Below, piece after piece: positions 1 to 13,049 of a stretch of 64,000 nucleotides of DNA; position 1 is the stretch's first letter, and each line of letters begins with the position of its first letter. The DNA is from Octopus vulgaris. Lineage: Eukaryota. The stretch lies in contig OX597818.1 of the NCBI GenBank assembly GCA_951406725.2, forward strand, positions 79,484,001-79,548,000, given 5' to 3'. The notes below the pieces were generated by a model. That model did no database searches and was not told the DNA's origin. It was given only the letters and a program-made list of their open reading frames with translations. The position numbers and the translations under genes are program-made.

Positions 1-640
1 ATATAAACACTATCAAACAATCACATTCTATTTTTTCTGTAACGAATTTTGATGGCAACGTCATCTATTCTCTTTATTAATAAAAAAAGAGCATTTTTTG
101 TCATTGTTCACTGGCAAATAATTATCTTTTGTCACGCATGGATGAGGGCTTTACACGGCTAAGCAATTGGAGCGCAGACTTATTGCAGTAGCCTCTGATT
201 TGTAACATGATCAGGTTCAGCAAAAATCGCTTTATTTTTGTGTTTGTATGTAGTTTGACGCTTCTTTACCTTGATGAACTGTCTGGACAATCAATGTAGT
301 TTATACAAGTAATTCACAGGTAAGTATTGATGCAAAGTTCACAAATGTTGAGACACTAACAAAACAGCCATACGCTAAGTCTACTGGGGTGGCAACTTTC
401 TGAGAAGTGACACGGCAGAAGGAACCTGCCAAGTTGTCAAATGTCTAGAAGACAATGAAGAAATGTGATTGTATCAGATAAATAGCAGTGGTGGAGAAAT
501 TTACGGTTGAAGGACGAGAAAACGGGAGCCCTATAACAATTATCCTTTCATATATGTGTGTGTGTGTGTGTATGAAAGCTGAATATTCATACGTCGTCTT
601 CGCCGGGAAAGTCCGTGATACATTCATACATATATACATA

Positions 641-734
<94 letters not shown>

Positions 735-1049
735 AAAACTTAATTCATAAAAGGTTAAATGTTAACAATGGCTGTTGATTTCGACCGTTTTAAACTGAAT
801 CTGTCGTCGGTCTACGAGATAAATATATAATTCAATTTGGAAAGGTGGTGGTGATTATAAGAAGTAATAATACAACTTACCTTAGTAATTACTTTCGCAT
901 TTTAATTACATGAACTTTTTATTGCTTCCTGTTTTTGGGGTGTTTGGGGGGTTTTTTTGTCTCTGCGTGATGGATTGGCAAGATCGCTAGGAAGACGGGG
1001 AAAAAAATTCCTTCTGGTATTTTTCCAGTTTTTTTACGATCTGTGTAAT

Positions 1050-1916
1050 TTCGTGGAGAAATTAAGTCGATTACATCGACTCCAGTACTTAAATAGTACT
1101 TATTTTATTGGCCTGGCAGGGATGAAAGGCAAAATCGATCTCGACAGAATTTGAACTCAGAAATTAAAGACGGACGACTGTTACCCATTTCGCCCGGCCT
1201 GCTAACGAATCCGCCTTAGATAATAATCCTTTCTATCCTAGGTACACGGCCTGAAAATTTTGGGAAGGCGATAGTTCGTTACATTGCCCCCAGTGATTCA
1301 CTGGTACTTAATTTATCGACCCCGAGAGGATAAAAGTCGAAGTCAACCTCGGTGGAATTTGAACTCAGAACATAAAGGCGTACGAAATACCGTTACACAT
1401 TTTGTCCAGCGTGTTAACGATTCTCCCAGCTCGCCGCTTTAGATAAGGTTATCAACAAATAATACCTTAGTTCAAATTCCGCCGAGGTCAACTTTGCCTT
1501 GCATCCTTTCAGAGTCGATAAATTAAGTACCAGTGAAACACTGGGGTCGATGTAATCGACTAGTCTCCTCCCCACGAATTTCAGGCCTTGTGCCTTTAGT
1601 AGAAAGGGTTATTATTGTTACTGTTGTTGTTGCTGCTGCTGTTGCTGCTGTTGCTGCTGCTGCTGTTGTTGTTGTTGTTGTTAAAGCAACGTGCTGGCGG
1701 AATCGTTAGCATCGACTTCTTCCTCCCCTCAAAAACTGTTGGTCTTGTGCCAAAATTTGCTCCATTATTAGTATTACTATGTTGGAGACGAGGCGGTATA
1801 ACTAGCGCATCAGACTAAAATTCATCCAAAGTAACCTTGCTTTTCGTCCTTTCGGGATCGACAAATTAAGTTAAGCACTGACGTCGATATAATTATCTTA
1901 CGCCTAAAATTGGAAG

Positions 1917-1918
<2 letters not shown>
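1050..1918. mobile_element. Cluster of about 5 SINE copies/fragments of family A (Nin/Deu-domain-like), both orientations
   Basis: Recurrent GTTCAAATTCCGCCGAGGTC(A/G)ACTTTGCCTT(T/G)CATCCTTTC..GTCGATAAA.TAAGTACCAGT core (e.g. 1470-1540) and its reverse complement (1100-1160, 1300-1370); the same core recurs many times in the window. Confidence 0.75.
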
Positions 1919-1980
<62 letters not shown>

Positions 1981-1983
<3 letters not shown>

Positions 1984-2390
1984 TTTATGGAAAGCGTCAT
2001 CTGTCCTCAGCCAGCAGACTAAGGTGAATCTTGTAATAATAATTCAAGAACCTTGTGAAGAATTCTTGTGAGTGTTCTGCCTTCACACTTGCACCAATCT
2101 TTTCAACCATTTTGGTGGTTGAGCGCTAATACTTCCAAGTACACCAATTACTACTGGTATCATGTCTACTCTTTTCATTGACCACAACCTTCGTATTTTC
2201 CACTTGAATCGTCGTAGTCTGTTGTTACCGAGGTATGCTATGTCAGTTATCATACATTTTCTTTCTTTTTTATACAACACAACAGTGTCAGGTTTCCGAT
2301 GTCTGATCGGATGATCACACTGGATCACTGCATCTCACAGGATTTTGCAATTCTCATTTTCGGTGACTCCTGGAGTTTGCTCCGACAATT
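1981..2390 (-). mobile_element. R4/Dong-like LINE 3' fragment (restriction-like endonuclease), degenerate
   Basis: Minus strand reads EQTPGVTENENCKIL*DAVIQCDHPIRHRKPDTVV...IPVVIGVLG (PD-D/ExK REL motif); its 3' end abuts the (TAA)n tract at 1919-1980. Confidence 0.8.
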
Positions 2391-4020
2391 ATTGGTATTT
2401 CTACCACTTTTTCATCGACTACATCTGCTTACCCCCCCCCCCCTGCCCCTAAGCTAACCTGTCATATCTATCGACTTTTCTTTCTTCCTTATCACATACT
2501 TTGTTGTCAGCTGGGAGGGTTATATCTATGATCTAGCATAGTTTGATTTCTTTCTCAACACTATGTCTGGTTTCCTATTTTCTATTTCATGCTTGCACTG
2601 AATCATAAAATTCTATAGGATCTTTGCATTAACATTTTCGATGATGCCTTCGGGTTTATGTTCGTACCAATTTTTTGCTCTGTAAAGTTCATACCTGTTG
2701 CAAAGTGTCCAATGGACAAGCCTTACTATATTGTCATGACGTCACTTATATTCTTTCTGGGCTAGTGGCGTACATTGGTTGGTAATATGCCATACGGTTT
2801 CACCATTTTATCCAAAAATTCTGCACCTATCACTTTCTGATGTGTTGTCTATTCTGTATTTGATGTAATTCGTTCTTAATGCTTGCTTTTGGGCAGCACA
2901 GATTAAACCCTCCGTTTTAAATCACTTATAGTCATCCATAACTATTTTTTTCTCTGTCTTATCTTCAACATCCCTATAAAATTGTCCATGCATTCATTTC
3001 TTTATCCACCTATTTTTAGTTTCATCAATGTCAAGTCCTTGTACCGTACTTTATCTTTGCAATCTTCCATCCTACACAAGCCTGACCTTCTTACTTCCAA
3101 TAATATCGATTCTGTAGCATTTTTACATACTATGCTATGTTCTTTTCTTCTGCATTAACGCTTTGTTCGTATCCAATCAGTCCTCTTCCCTCTTTTTCTT
3201 GATGCATACAGACTGCCTGTGTCATTTTTTGGGTGGAGTATCCTATACCTCGTCAGCAACTTCCTTGTCTATCTATCTAAGCTGTTTAGTTCATCTACTG
3301 TCAATGAGATTACCCCTGTTCCATATATAAGTAGTGCAACCGCCCAGGTGTTGATAGCTTCAATCTTATTCCGTCTGTTTAATTTTGACTTAAGGATCAG
3401 TCTCAGTCTGTGCAAGTACTCCGCCATAATTTTTTCTGTCATTTCTTTCTCCATCAATTTAACCATTTCTAATATCCCCAGGAACTTATAGCCCGTCTTT
3501 TCTATCTGCTTCATAACCTCCACCGACGGTATCACTAACCCGTCTATACATTTGATCTTGCCTCTCTTCAAGACTAACACACCACACTTTCTCAGTCCGA
3601 GCTCCATTCTGATATCAGCGCTGAAAGTAAACACCGTATCAACGAGGGAACAGATTCATCTTTACCATAAAGTTTGAGGTCATCCATGAATAACAAGCGG
3701 TTGATTTTTTTTATTGGTAGCTTTTGAATACATACCCAGCCTTTGCTCTCCTCAGAATCAGTGTTAGTAGTATCATGCACAATACAAAGATTAGTGGGGA
3801 CAGGCAGTTCCCTTGGTAGATGCCTCTCCTGATTTCTATTGTCCCTAAACTTCTTCCATATGCTGTCAGGTCCGTCCTCCACTTCCCCATATGTTTTCCA
3901 AGCAATAGCTCAACATTCGATGCAATACCGAATAGGTTCATACATTCCATAACCCACGAATGTGAGATCATATCGTACGCCTTCTTCATGATAGACAAAT
4001 GTACATGATAGACAAAACAA
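2385..4020 (-). mobile_element. R4/Dong-like LINE, 5'-truncated and decayed (RT, CCHC knuckle, REL)
   Basis: KKAYDMISHSW, RRGIYQGNCLSP, LLFMDDLKLYGK, LKSKLNRRNKIEAINTWAV, CRIFG*NGETVWHITNQC..EYK*RHD and ENRKPDIV motifs in order, with stops and frameshifts. Confidence 0.88.
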
Positions 4021-4024
4021 TGTA

Positions 4025-4066
<42 letters not shown>

Positions 4067-4067
<1 letters not shown>

Positions 4068-5776
4068 CTTCTTCTTCTTCTTCTTCTTCTTCTTCTTCTT
4101 CTTCTTCTTCTTCTTCTTCTTCTTCTTCTTCTTCTTCTTCTTCTTCTTCTTCTTCTTCTTCATATTTATTAGGTGGTATGATTTCTTGTTTGTATTTGTC
4201 AGCTTCCTTAAATACTGAGAACAGTTTTTTGTTCTGCTCGTGTTTTGCCGCTATTTGTATCAGTTTTCCTTCTTTCTGAAGTAGATATTTTTGCAGTCCT
4301 ATGGTGATTATTTTATAGTAGTTTTCCAGCTGTATAAGGCCTCTGCCACCTTCTATACGTTGTATATATAGTCTTTCTATGTCAGATTTTGGGTGATGCA
4401 TCCTAGATCCTGTCATTATTTTTCTTGTTTTCCTATCTATTTTGGTCAGTTCATTTAGTGTCCAGTTAAGGATATTGTAGCTGTAACTTATAACTGGGAC
4501 AGCTAAAGTGTTAATACCAATTATCTTGTTTTTAGCATTGAGCTCTGTGTTTAGTATTGATCTAAATCGTCTATAATATTCTTTTTTTATTTTCTCTTTC
4601 ATTTGTGTGTGTTGTGTCTTATCTAGTTCATGGATTCCTAAGTATTTGTAAGTTTGGCTTTGGTCTAATTCTTTTATTTCATTGGTTTTATCTAGTGTGA
4701 TGTTGCTACTCTTAACTAGTTTTCTTCTTTTCATGGTTACTTTGGCGCATTTTTCTAATCCAAATTTCATATCTATTTCTTTGGTAAATCCATGAACTGT
4801 CTTTAATAGTGTTTCCAGCTGTTTGTCATTTGCAGCGTATAGTTTTAGGTCATCCATATATAAAAGGTGGCTGATCGTTTTGCCGTAACATTTATATCCG
4901 TATCCAGTTCTATTTAGCATATCAGATAGAGGTGACAGTGCCAAGAGAAAAGGAGAGGAGAGAGCGTGTCTCCCTGGAATATTCCTCTTCTAATGGGGAT
5001 GGCTTTTGTTTGGAGCTGTAGCACAATTTGCCATTTATTCATAGAGTGCCCTATGAATTTTATAATTGTTGGTGCTACGTTGTTAATGGCTAGTGTTTCG
5101 AGGATCCATGTGTGGGGGATGCTATCAAACGCCTTTTTGTAGTCGATCCAGGCCATACTGAGGCCTTTGTTCTTTCTGTGGCTGTCTTCAGTTATGGCTT
5201 TATTAATCATTAGTTGATCTTTACAGCCATATGAGCCTTTGCGGCATCGTTTCTGCTCTTCTGGAAACAGGTTGTTTTCGTCCAGGTGCTTGTTCAACCT
5301 TTGCGATATCACTGCAGTAAATGCCTTGTACATAGTAGGGAGACAGGTTATTGGTCTGTAGTTTTCTGGTTTTGCTGTTTCATTTGATTTGGGAATTAAG
5401 ATGGTTTTCCCCTTCGTGAGCCATTCAGGCATTGTCTCTGGCTCTGCTAGTATGTTGTTAAAGTTTTCAGCCAGCTTTTTGTGCATTCGTGTTAGATATT
5501 TCAACCAGAGTTGGGGATCTTGTCATGCCCAGGTGCCTTCCAGTTGCTTAGTCTTTGCAGTGCCTGGGTGACCTCTTCAGTTGTTATGGGGGTGCAAAGT
5601 TGCTCAGATGCTGAGTTTGTTGTTTTGATATTCCTTTTTTTTGGTTGTTCGTTCGCCGACCATATTTCTCTCCAAAATTCTTCCACTTCTTTTGCCGTTG
5701 GTGCTGCAGTGATTTCTATATTATTTTTGCCATGTTCTTGGTAGACCTTTTTGGGGTTGGAGTTGATCTTTTGAAC
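4067..5776 (-). mobile_element. Young R4/Dong-like LINE, RT region only, truncated at both ends
   Basis: ORFs 5501-5686, 4914-5504 and 4063-4944 encode NWKAPGHDKI, ENYRPITCLPT, WIDYKKAFDSIPH, RGIFQGDTLSPLLF and HLLYMDDLKLYA; flanked by (TAA)n at 5777-5847 and 4026-4060. Confidence 0.92.
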
Positions 5777-5848
<72 letters not shown>

Positions 5849-6251
5849 TGGATATCTTTGAAATCATACTTTTGCTACCATGAGTAATATCAAGAAATAT
5901 AGCGTTACAAACCAATAGCATAAGTTAACTTTTAGAAATAATTATTGCTGCTTACACAATTGATGAAACGAATACTAATTTTGAGGCGAAAAATATTTAT
6001 TTTCTACCTTAAATAAAATTACATAAAACACATTTCGCATGTATATAATTTTAATAAGCACATCATTATTTGTTCTAAATTTTAATGATGTAATAGCAAT
6101 CAAATGCATCAAACACCTATTTCCGCCAAATTTCCTTTAAAATATGTGTATTTTTTAGAAAGTTATTATTACTTGTCACCACTTCTTATGTAAGCTATCT
6201 GTATCTCATTTTTACTCTCTCTCTCTCCCCTTCTCTCTTCCTGTCTTTACC

Positions 6252-6309
<58 letters not shown>

Positions 6310-6552
6310 GCGATGTAAAGCGTGACTGTCAACCAGCCAGCCAACCAACCAACCAACCAGTCAGCCAACATTTATATCGGCTTTTATTATAGAAAGACAT
6401 TACGTTACAAAGTATTAAATATTATTATTTTATAACTGTTGATATCGCATATCAAAGTTATACACAAAAATAAATATTTAAATCTATTTTAAAGAAGCAT
6501 GTTTTGATTAAATCATGTTCTTTTATAATTTACGGTTATTGTTTTAATTTAA

Positions 6553-6690
6553 GCTGTGTGGTTAAGAAGTTCACTTCGAAATCACTGGGTTTCAGACTCA
6601 ATACCACTGCATAGCACCTTGGACAAGTGTTTTTTTCTATATTGCCCAACCTAACCATTGCTTAGTGAATGAATATGGAACCCATCGTGC
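6553..6690 (+). mobile_element. SINE family B (tRNA-derived), degenerate
   Basis: GCTGTGTGGTTAAGAAG..CACCTTGGACAAGTGT..; matches better-preserved copies at 13119, 20359 and 63714. Confidence 0.6.
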
Positions 6691-6697
6691 AAGTATG

Positions 6698-6733
<36 letters not shown>

Positions 6734-6845
6734 GGTACCGGGTTGATTCGGGGTTAACCACAGTAAATAAGGTACTCAATACATAGCAGAGTAAAATCCT
6801 GATGATTTCTCTTGAATGAAACAGTTCTAGTCCTGTAGAAGCTCC

Positions 6846-6945
<100 letters not shown>

Positions 6946-6949
6946 GCGT

Positions 6950-7262
6950 GTGTGGCTTAGTTGTTAGGGTATTCGGCTTACGATCGTAAGGCCGTGAGTT
7001 CAATTCCCGACGACGCGTTGTGTCATCGAACACGACACTTTATTTCTCGTTGCTTCAGTCCACTTAGCTGGCAAAAATTAGTAGTACCTGTATTTCAAAG
7101 GGTCAGTCTTGTCACTCTGTGTCACGCTAAATTTCTCTGAGAACTACATTAAGGGTGCACGTGTATGTGGAGTACTCAGCCACTTACACGTTAATTTCAC
7201 GAGGAGGCTATTCCGTTGATCGGATCAACTGGAATACTCGTCGTCGTAACCGACGGAGTGCC
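6950..7262 (+). mobile_element. SINE family C (tRNA-derived)
   Basis: A box TGGCTTAGTTG and B box GAGTTCAATTCC, then GACACTTTATTTC.CGTTGCT.CAGTCCACT.AGCTGG shared with 24816, 36445, 41650, 56905 and 61585. Confidence 0.75.
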
Positions 7263-7278
7263 AGTTTCTTTTTATATA

Positions 7279-8238
7279 CAGTGGCGAGCAAAAATAAGGG
7301 GAACGATTAATATTTTATCAAATGTCAGAAAAGCTAGTGAACGTACAAATTCGTAATTGGTTTCCTAAACACGGTAAACCATTGGCTAAATTCTCTGAAA
7401 AATCTTAAATTTGTAAACGCTTTTAATAAAATTTGATAAACACTAACACTAGTTTCGTCCAAATGTCTCATGTGCAAAATGAGAGAACGATTAGATTCTT
7501 TCAGGAATTTCTGGACATTTCAAACATTGTTTACATTTGCAGGCTCATCGTTACTACCGTTTCAGTATTGTGCTAGCTTCTGACCATGGCGCACCACGCC
7601 AGAGTTACTCCAGACCTCCGAAAAGAAATTGTCAGGATGAAAGTTTCAGGGATGACCCACTCGGCTATTTCACGAGACGTAAGGAGATCTAAGAGTGTAG
7701 TTTCACGTGTTCTTAAGCTCTATAAAGAAACTAAAGGTTTTGAACAGAAAAAGGCAACTGGCAGACCACGCAAAACCACCATGCGAGATATTCGAGCCAT
7801 AAAACGGTACGTATTGAAGGATCCTTTTCATGCAAGATGTCATACTGCAAACAGTGTCACTGAATTCTTTAGTGAACAAAATATCCAAGTAAGGAAGTGG
7901 CCAGCACAAAGTCCAGACTTGAATCCAATTGAGAAAAGGTCTACGAACATCATACTAACTGTATTAAATTTATATTTACATTTCTTTCTATCATTTTGAG
8001 TTAATTGAAGCATGTTTTGGTTTGATCGTTCTCTTATTTTGCACATGAGACATTCGGACGAAACTAGTATTAGTGTTATTAACTTTTATTAAGACCATTG
8101 TCCAAACTTAGATTTTTCACAGAATTTAGCTAATGGCTAACCGTATTTACGAAACCAATTGCGAATTTGAACGTTTACTAGCTTTTCGAAATTAAAAAAA
8201 TATTAATCGTTCTCTTCTTTTTTTTTTGCTTGCTACTG
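7279..8238 (+). mobile_element. Internally deleted Tc1-family transposon with about 215-bp IR/DR terminal inverted repeats
   Basis: TA|CAGTGGCGAGCAAAA ... TTTTGCTTGCTACTG|TA; arms 7279-7492 and ~8024-8238 are reverse complements; ORF 7586-7999 has paired-like HTH, GRPRKTT and WPAQSPDLNPIE. Confidence 0.92.
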
Positions 8239-9054
8239 TATATACAATGTACTGTTCAGTGATAGTAACTTCAGCAAAAAGAAGTACTCCATCTGGTGAG
8301 AGATAAATATTATTTGATAGACAAAATGCGTTATTATGTGCTACTAATAGTTTCATATGTTGAGAAATGCCTCAAAGATATTCGTCAGGTACAAAGCACA
8401 TATCATAACGAACTAAAAATTGAATGAGAGAAGAAACACAAAAAGTTGAGAAGGAAGCATATAAAAAACGTGGAATGTTAAAAAACGGAAAGCGATAAAG
8501 TAAAAAATAAAAAATATAAAAGGTACAAGATTTAGCCTCCTTAGACCTTAAATTATAAGGCTGAAAAGATATATGTGTCTGCTTTTATTAACAGTATAAC
8601 CCTCTCAAAATACAACTGTATGAAATGCAATTTATCAATTAGATAGTAGAAGCCAGCGCTTAATTACTAATGCAATTAAACCTGGTCTTCGCTTGTTTTT
8701 TTTCTTTCTCGGGAGCATAACTTGAAATGCAGGTATAGAAACCCAAAAGTTAAATCACAGAAGATTTCGACAGAAATTTGAATCGAGCATAGCTGATTAG
8801 AATACTGTAGTTGATAGCATAAAATATGCACAGGCATATTACTCACGCAAATTTAGGAAAGAAAAGTATGTAGAAGATTTATTGGAGGTCCAACGTCACA
8901 TATAGCATCTGGGGTAATTTTTTTTAAATATCCATTGAAAAAAATAGAACGCGTCATATATGCCATCAAATAGAAAATCTTTACCGCTAAATAAATCATT
9001 ATTTTATCATGGAACGTTTATCAAAAATTGGAAAGTAAATGCTTGAGTAACTTA

Positions 9055-9241
9055 CCGTATCATCTGGCATACAAGTCGACGTAGCATATAGTGTAAACAT
9101 ATAGTGTAAATATTCAAATATCTGCAGCATTTCACAAGGAATTTTTGGTCCCCTGAAGTCGTCTTGGTCTATAAGTTGACCTACCATTTTTCGCAGTAAA
9201 TTTTGGTCTGAAAAATTCGACTTGCATGCCAGAAAATATGG
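9055..9241. mobile_element. MITE of the Tc1/mariner-pogo type
   Basis: TA|CCGTATCATCTGGCATACAAGTCGA ... TCGACTTGCATGCCAGAAAATATGG|TA: about 25-bp imperfect TIR and TA target duplication. Confidence 0.75.
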
Positions 9242-11132
9242 TATTTACATTTTATAACACTGCAAATAAAGAGTTAATGAGTAGAACATGTTATAGATGA
9301 TGGAGTGTAGTGCGTTCGAGTGCCGAGACTAACGACGTGGTAAAAACAAACGGAACAGGTGAAGAGGAAAATTGTTAAGATGTGTTGAGTGAAAGCCGTG
9401 TGAACTGTAAGCTGCTTTCTCTTCCTCCACCATACACACATGCCACTCTCGAATGGTAATAGATCTTACAAAGACCTTCTGTTTCCAATCGTAGATTCAT
9501 AGATTAATTGACTGAAACGTTTATTTATCCTATTTCAATGAGTTCGTTCACGCACGTGCCAGTCAGGGCTTTCCTCGCTATCTCTTTCTGTTGTTATATT
9601 GCTTGAAAAATATGCTTACTTGAAAGTTAATGATATAAACTGTAAGCTTATACACACCGGAGTTGTATGTGTGTATATATGCATGCATGTATGTATGTAT
9701 GTATGTATGTATGTATGTATGTATGTATATATGTATGTATGTATGTATGTATATATTTATGTATGTATGTGTGTGTAGGTAGGTAAGTAAGTATGCATGT
9801 ATATAAGTATGCATGTATGTATGTATCTATGTATGTATGTATGCATGCATGTATGTATGTATATGTGTGTGCACGTATATGTATGTACGTAGGTGTGGAT
9901 GCATGCATATATGTTTGAATGTATGTATATGTATGGATTTATCTATATAGTATCTATGTGTGTGTGAGTGTGTGTGTCGGTTTGTGAGTGTGTGTGTCGA
10001 TTTGTGAGTGGATGGGTAGTTGAATATACATATGTATGCATGTATGTATGAATGTACGCATGTATATATGTCTATATGTATGTGTGTATATATATGAATG
10101 TGTATATGTATGTACGTACATATGTATATATGCGTGTATGTAGTCTGTATGTATATCTGCATGAATGTATGCATATATGTACGTAAGTACATGAGTATAT
10201 AAATGTGTATATTTATGTATGTATGTATGTATTTATGTACATATGTATACGTATGTATGCCTGCATATGTATGTATATTGACAAACTCAGCCCGCCAATA
10301 AGCTTGAATGCGGAGAGAAGATTGGGAGAATAACGTTGTTTATAGTTATTTTGACAATAGTCAAATTCTTTTATATCGGTTATATTTACCGAAATATCGG
10401 TAACTCCGTGTATTAACTTATTTCAACAAGCTCTGTTCCTTCGAACGAAACATATGAGAACAAAGAAAATTACTTTGGTAATTTTACAGAATATGGTGGG
10501 AACTGTTGAAGGTATTGAATTAAGGGGTGATGACAGAAAAGTCATGTGTCCGATGACAAAGAAATACAATTTAAAAAAAGAAAATGAAAGAAATGGAAAA
10601 GAAAATATAAATAAACAAGAGTTTGATGTGGTGCAAATATATGAGTCAGCCACAAAACAGGAATGGCGCTTGGGAAGGACTGAAATAGAAAACGGAAAAC
10701 AATAAGAAGAAAAAAGAAAAGCTAAGAAAAGAAAGATAGTTTTAAAAACTGGTAGGAAAAAATAAGATAAGGATGAAGAAATGTAGAGGGAAGCTGGGAG
10801 AAACAGGAGTAAAGAAGTGACAAAACAAATTAAAGATGGCCGTAATGTTTGAGTGATTGGATGTGAAGTTTAAACAAATGAAAATATGAAGTATATTATT
10901 TTTAATGGTGGAACTCAAAGAAAATATATCTATACATAATAGCGTGTAGAATATTGGGTTAAAAACACCTTGGATGGGAAAAAATGTCGATTTCTTTTCC
11001 TTCATACAAATTTTTGTAACCTAATATTCCTAACCATATTAATTATAATTTTGAATTCCAACATTGAAAATTATATACGTCGTATCTCCCCAACATACTA
11101 AATTCTTAAAATGTAAGTTTTTATATACGTGC

Positions 11133-11192
<60 letters not shown>

Positions 11193-11198
11193 GAGACT

Positions 11199-11273
11199 CC
11201 GATGAAGCTGTAAGGTATTATTCAGGCACTCAATTATGAGTCCACGGCAGCTTGTAGCAGAAACAGCTGTAAG
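11199..11273 (+). ncRNA. Degenerate type I hammerhead ribozyme motif
   Basis: CCGATGA (core U4->C) A GCTGTAAG...CTTGTAGC A GAAAC AGCT GTA AG; 8-bp helix II, palindromic AGCT loop. Confidence 0.55.
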
Positions 11274-11373
11274 GTAATGAAGTTCATAACATAATCGTTT
11301 TTTCCTATGGCATCTCATTTTCTTAAACACACATACACACACACACCCACACACAAACACACACACACATAAA

Positions 11374-11470
11374 CAGTAGAACCTCAGTTTATGAACGCCT
11401 CTGATCACAAATAAATCGTGCTTTACATATATCTATATCTATATCTATATCTATCTGTCTCTCTCTCTCT

Positions 11471-11514
<44 letters not shown>

Positions 11515-11545
11515 CACGATTTGTTCGAAAACCGAGGTACTACTG
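11374..11545. mobile_element. Tigger/pogo-like MITE whose interior is microsatellite
   Basis: CAGTAGAACCTCAGTTTATGAAC ... GTTCGAAAACCGAGGTACTACTG|TA terminal inverted repeats. Confidence 0.7.
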
Positions 11546-12682
11546 TATATGTATGTATGTATGTATGTTTTTAAACCCAAATTTTATATTCTATTAATCA
11601 CAGCTTTATGTGATGTATTCCAAATGCGAATTATTTCACGTTCACTCGAAAGTTTATAAAAGTTATGACGTCAACAATGTGTGTAGGGGGCGGGGTGTAT
11701 CCGTACAAACTATTCATTGGTCATTTTATATCATGGTAAGAGAGAAAAATCTTCTTGCCAAAAGTCAGAGTTAGATGGAATTGAATGTATCATCCAGACG
11801 TTTTGCATGTTATGCATTCATTTACTTGAATTTACCTTTCTTTTTCATTTCATCTATCATATAAAGTCTTTAATATCAATACGCAACTACGAAGCTATTT
11901 CTAACTTGTCCATCGGAAACATAAAAAGAAAAAAATCATCCCTCACAGTCGCTTACCACTGAGGATGGACGCATGTCGATATTTCAATATACACAGAGCT
12001 GAATGAAACAAGGTTTTCTTCGTCTGTAATTTTGACCAAAGTTTTGTGAAACACGAGAACAACATTGGATATTTTGGAAAGAAAAAGTTAAAAGGAAATT
12101 TCTGTTCTTATTTTTAACTAATGAGCTGGGTTCTTCGCCGTTAGGGAATTACTTTGGAAACAGAACTTTGTTGACTTTAACAGATAAAACTAGCAGTTCT
12201 CTGATAGTTGGCAAGTTTATATAGGAATTAGTGTTTCTGCTACGTTGGTTGAAGACATGTCTCAAGCAACAGTCTCGTTAGTTGTGTTTGCTTAAACACA
12301 AGCTTGGGTGGACCCGGTCCTTTAATTAGCTGTTGAAAAACTTGCGAGTTCTGCTGCGGATGATAATGATGTTGATGCTGCTGTTGTTATTATTGTTTCT
12401 GTTACTGAGTGTGTCGTTTTTGTTGTTTTATAAGTAGGTAACGAGTCAGTTACGGTTGTCTTCAAAATAAATTTAAGAACTGACCCACCCTTAAACAAGG
12501 TGCTAGGGGGTCGTTATATTTCTTCGACATACGCGCACATACATACACACAAACAGACACAAAGACACAAACACACACACACACACACGCAAATATATAT
12601 ATATATTTATGTCTATGTGTGTATGTGTGTTTACTTCTCTTTGTGTGACTTTCGTCGATTCTGTTAAGCTTAACATATAAAG

Positions 12683-12930
12683 TTCTGTTGTGTCTGGGGA
12701 GAGTCATTTTTTTTGTGCCTCATGATTTAACACAATGACTATTGAAAAAGTTGCAAGGCGCGACGAAAATTTTAGGAAAATAGAAATAAGAAATAAGTGG
12801 AAACTTTACCGATGCGTGTGTTAAATCATAAGGCACAAAAAGAAAATGACTCTCCCCAGACACAACAGAATATGCTCCAACACACGAACTCATATAAAGA
12901 ATCTTGCAAACCAAATCCAAAAACGAAATA
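12683..12930 (+). mobile_element. Fragment of the same putative Penelope-like family as 48560-49610, with an inverted duplication
   Basis: Arms 12683-12734 and 12817-12870 are near-perfect reverse complements; 12817-12930 (..CACGAACTCATATAAAGAATCTTGCAAACCAAA..) matches the minus strand of ~49475-49590. Confidence 0.6.
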
Positions 12931-13049
12931 CATTAAGATATAAATTTCAACGGAAAAGCTGAAAAATGGATGCTGTAACAACGGAGTCCCTTGCATCGAG
13001 TTAGCTAAGCTCGGTGATTCACCATTATTTGGTATATATATATATATAT

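Noticed and set aside
254-319. Possible exon with a perfect CAG|GTAAGT donor
   Set aside because: All three frames contain stops; could be non-coding but cannot be supported.
6799-6832. CTGATGA TTTC TCTT GAAT GAAAC AGTT CTA hammerhead-like string
   Set aside because: Loop is not palindromic, helix III does not close and helix I is absent.
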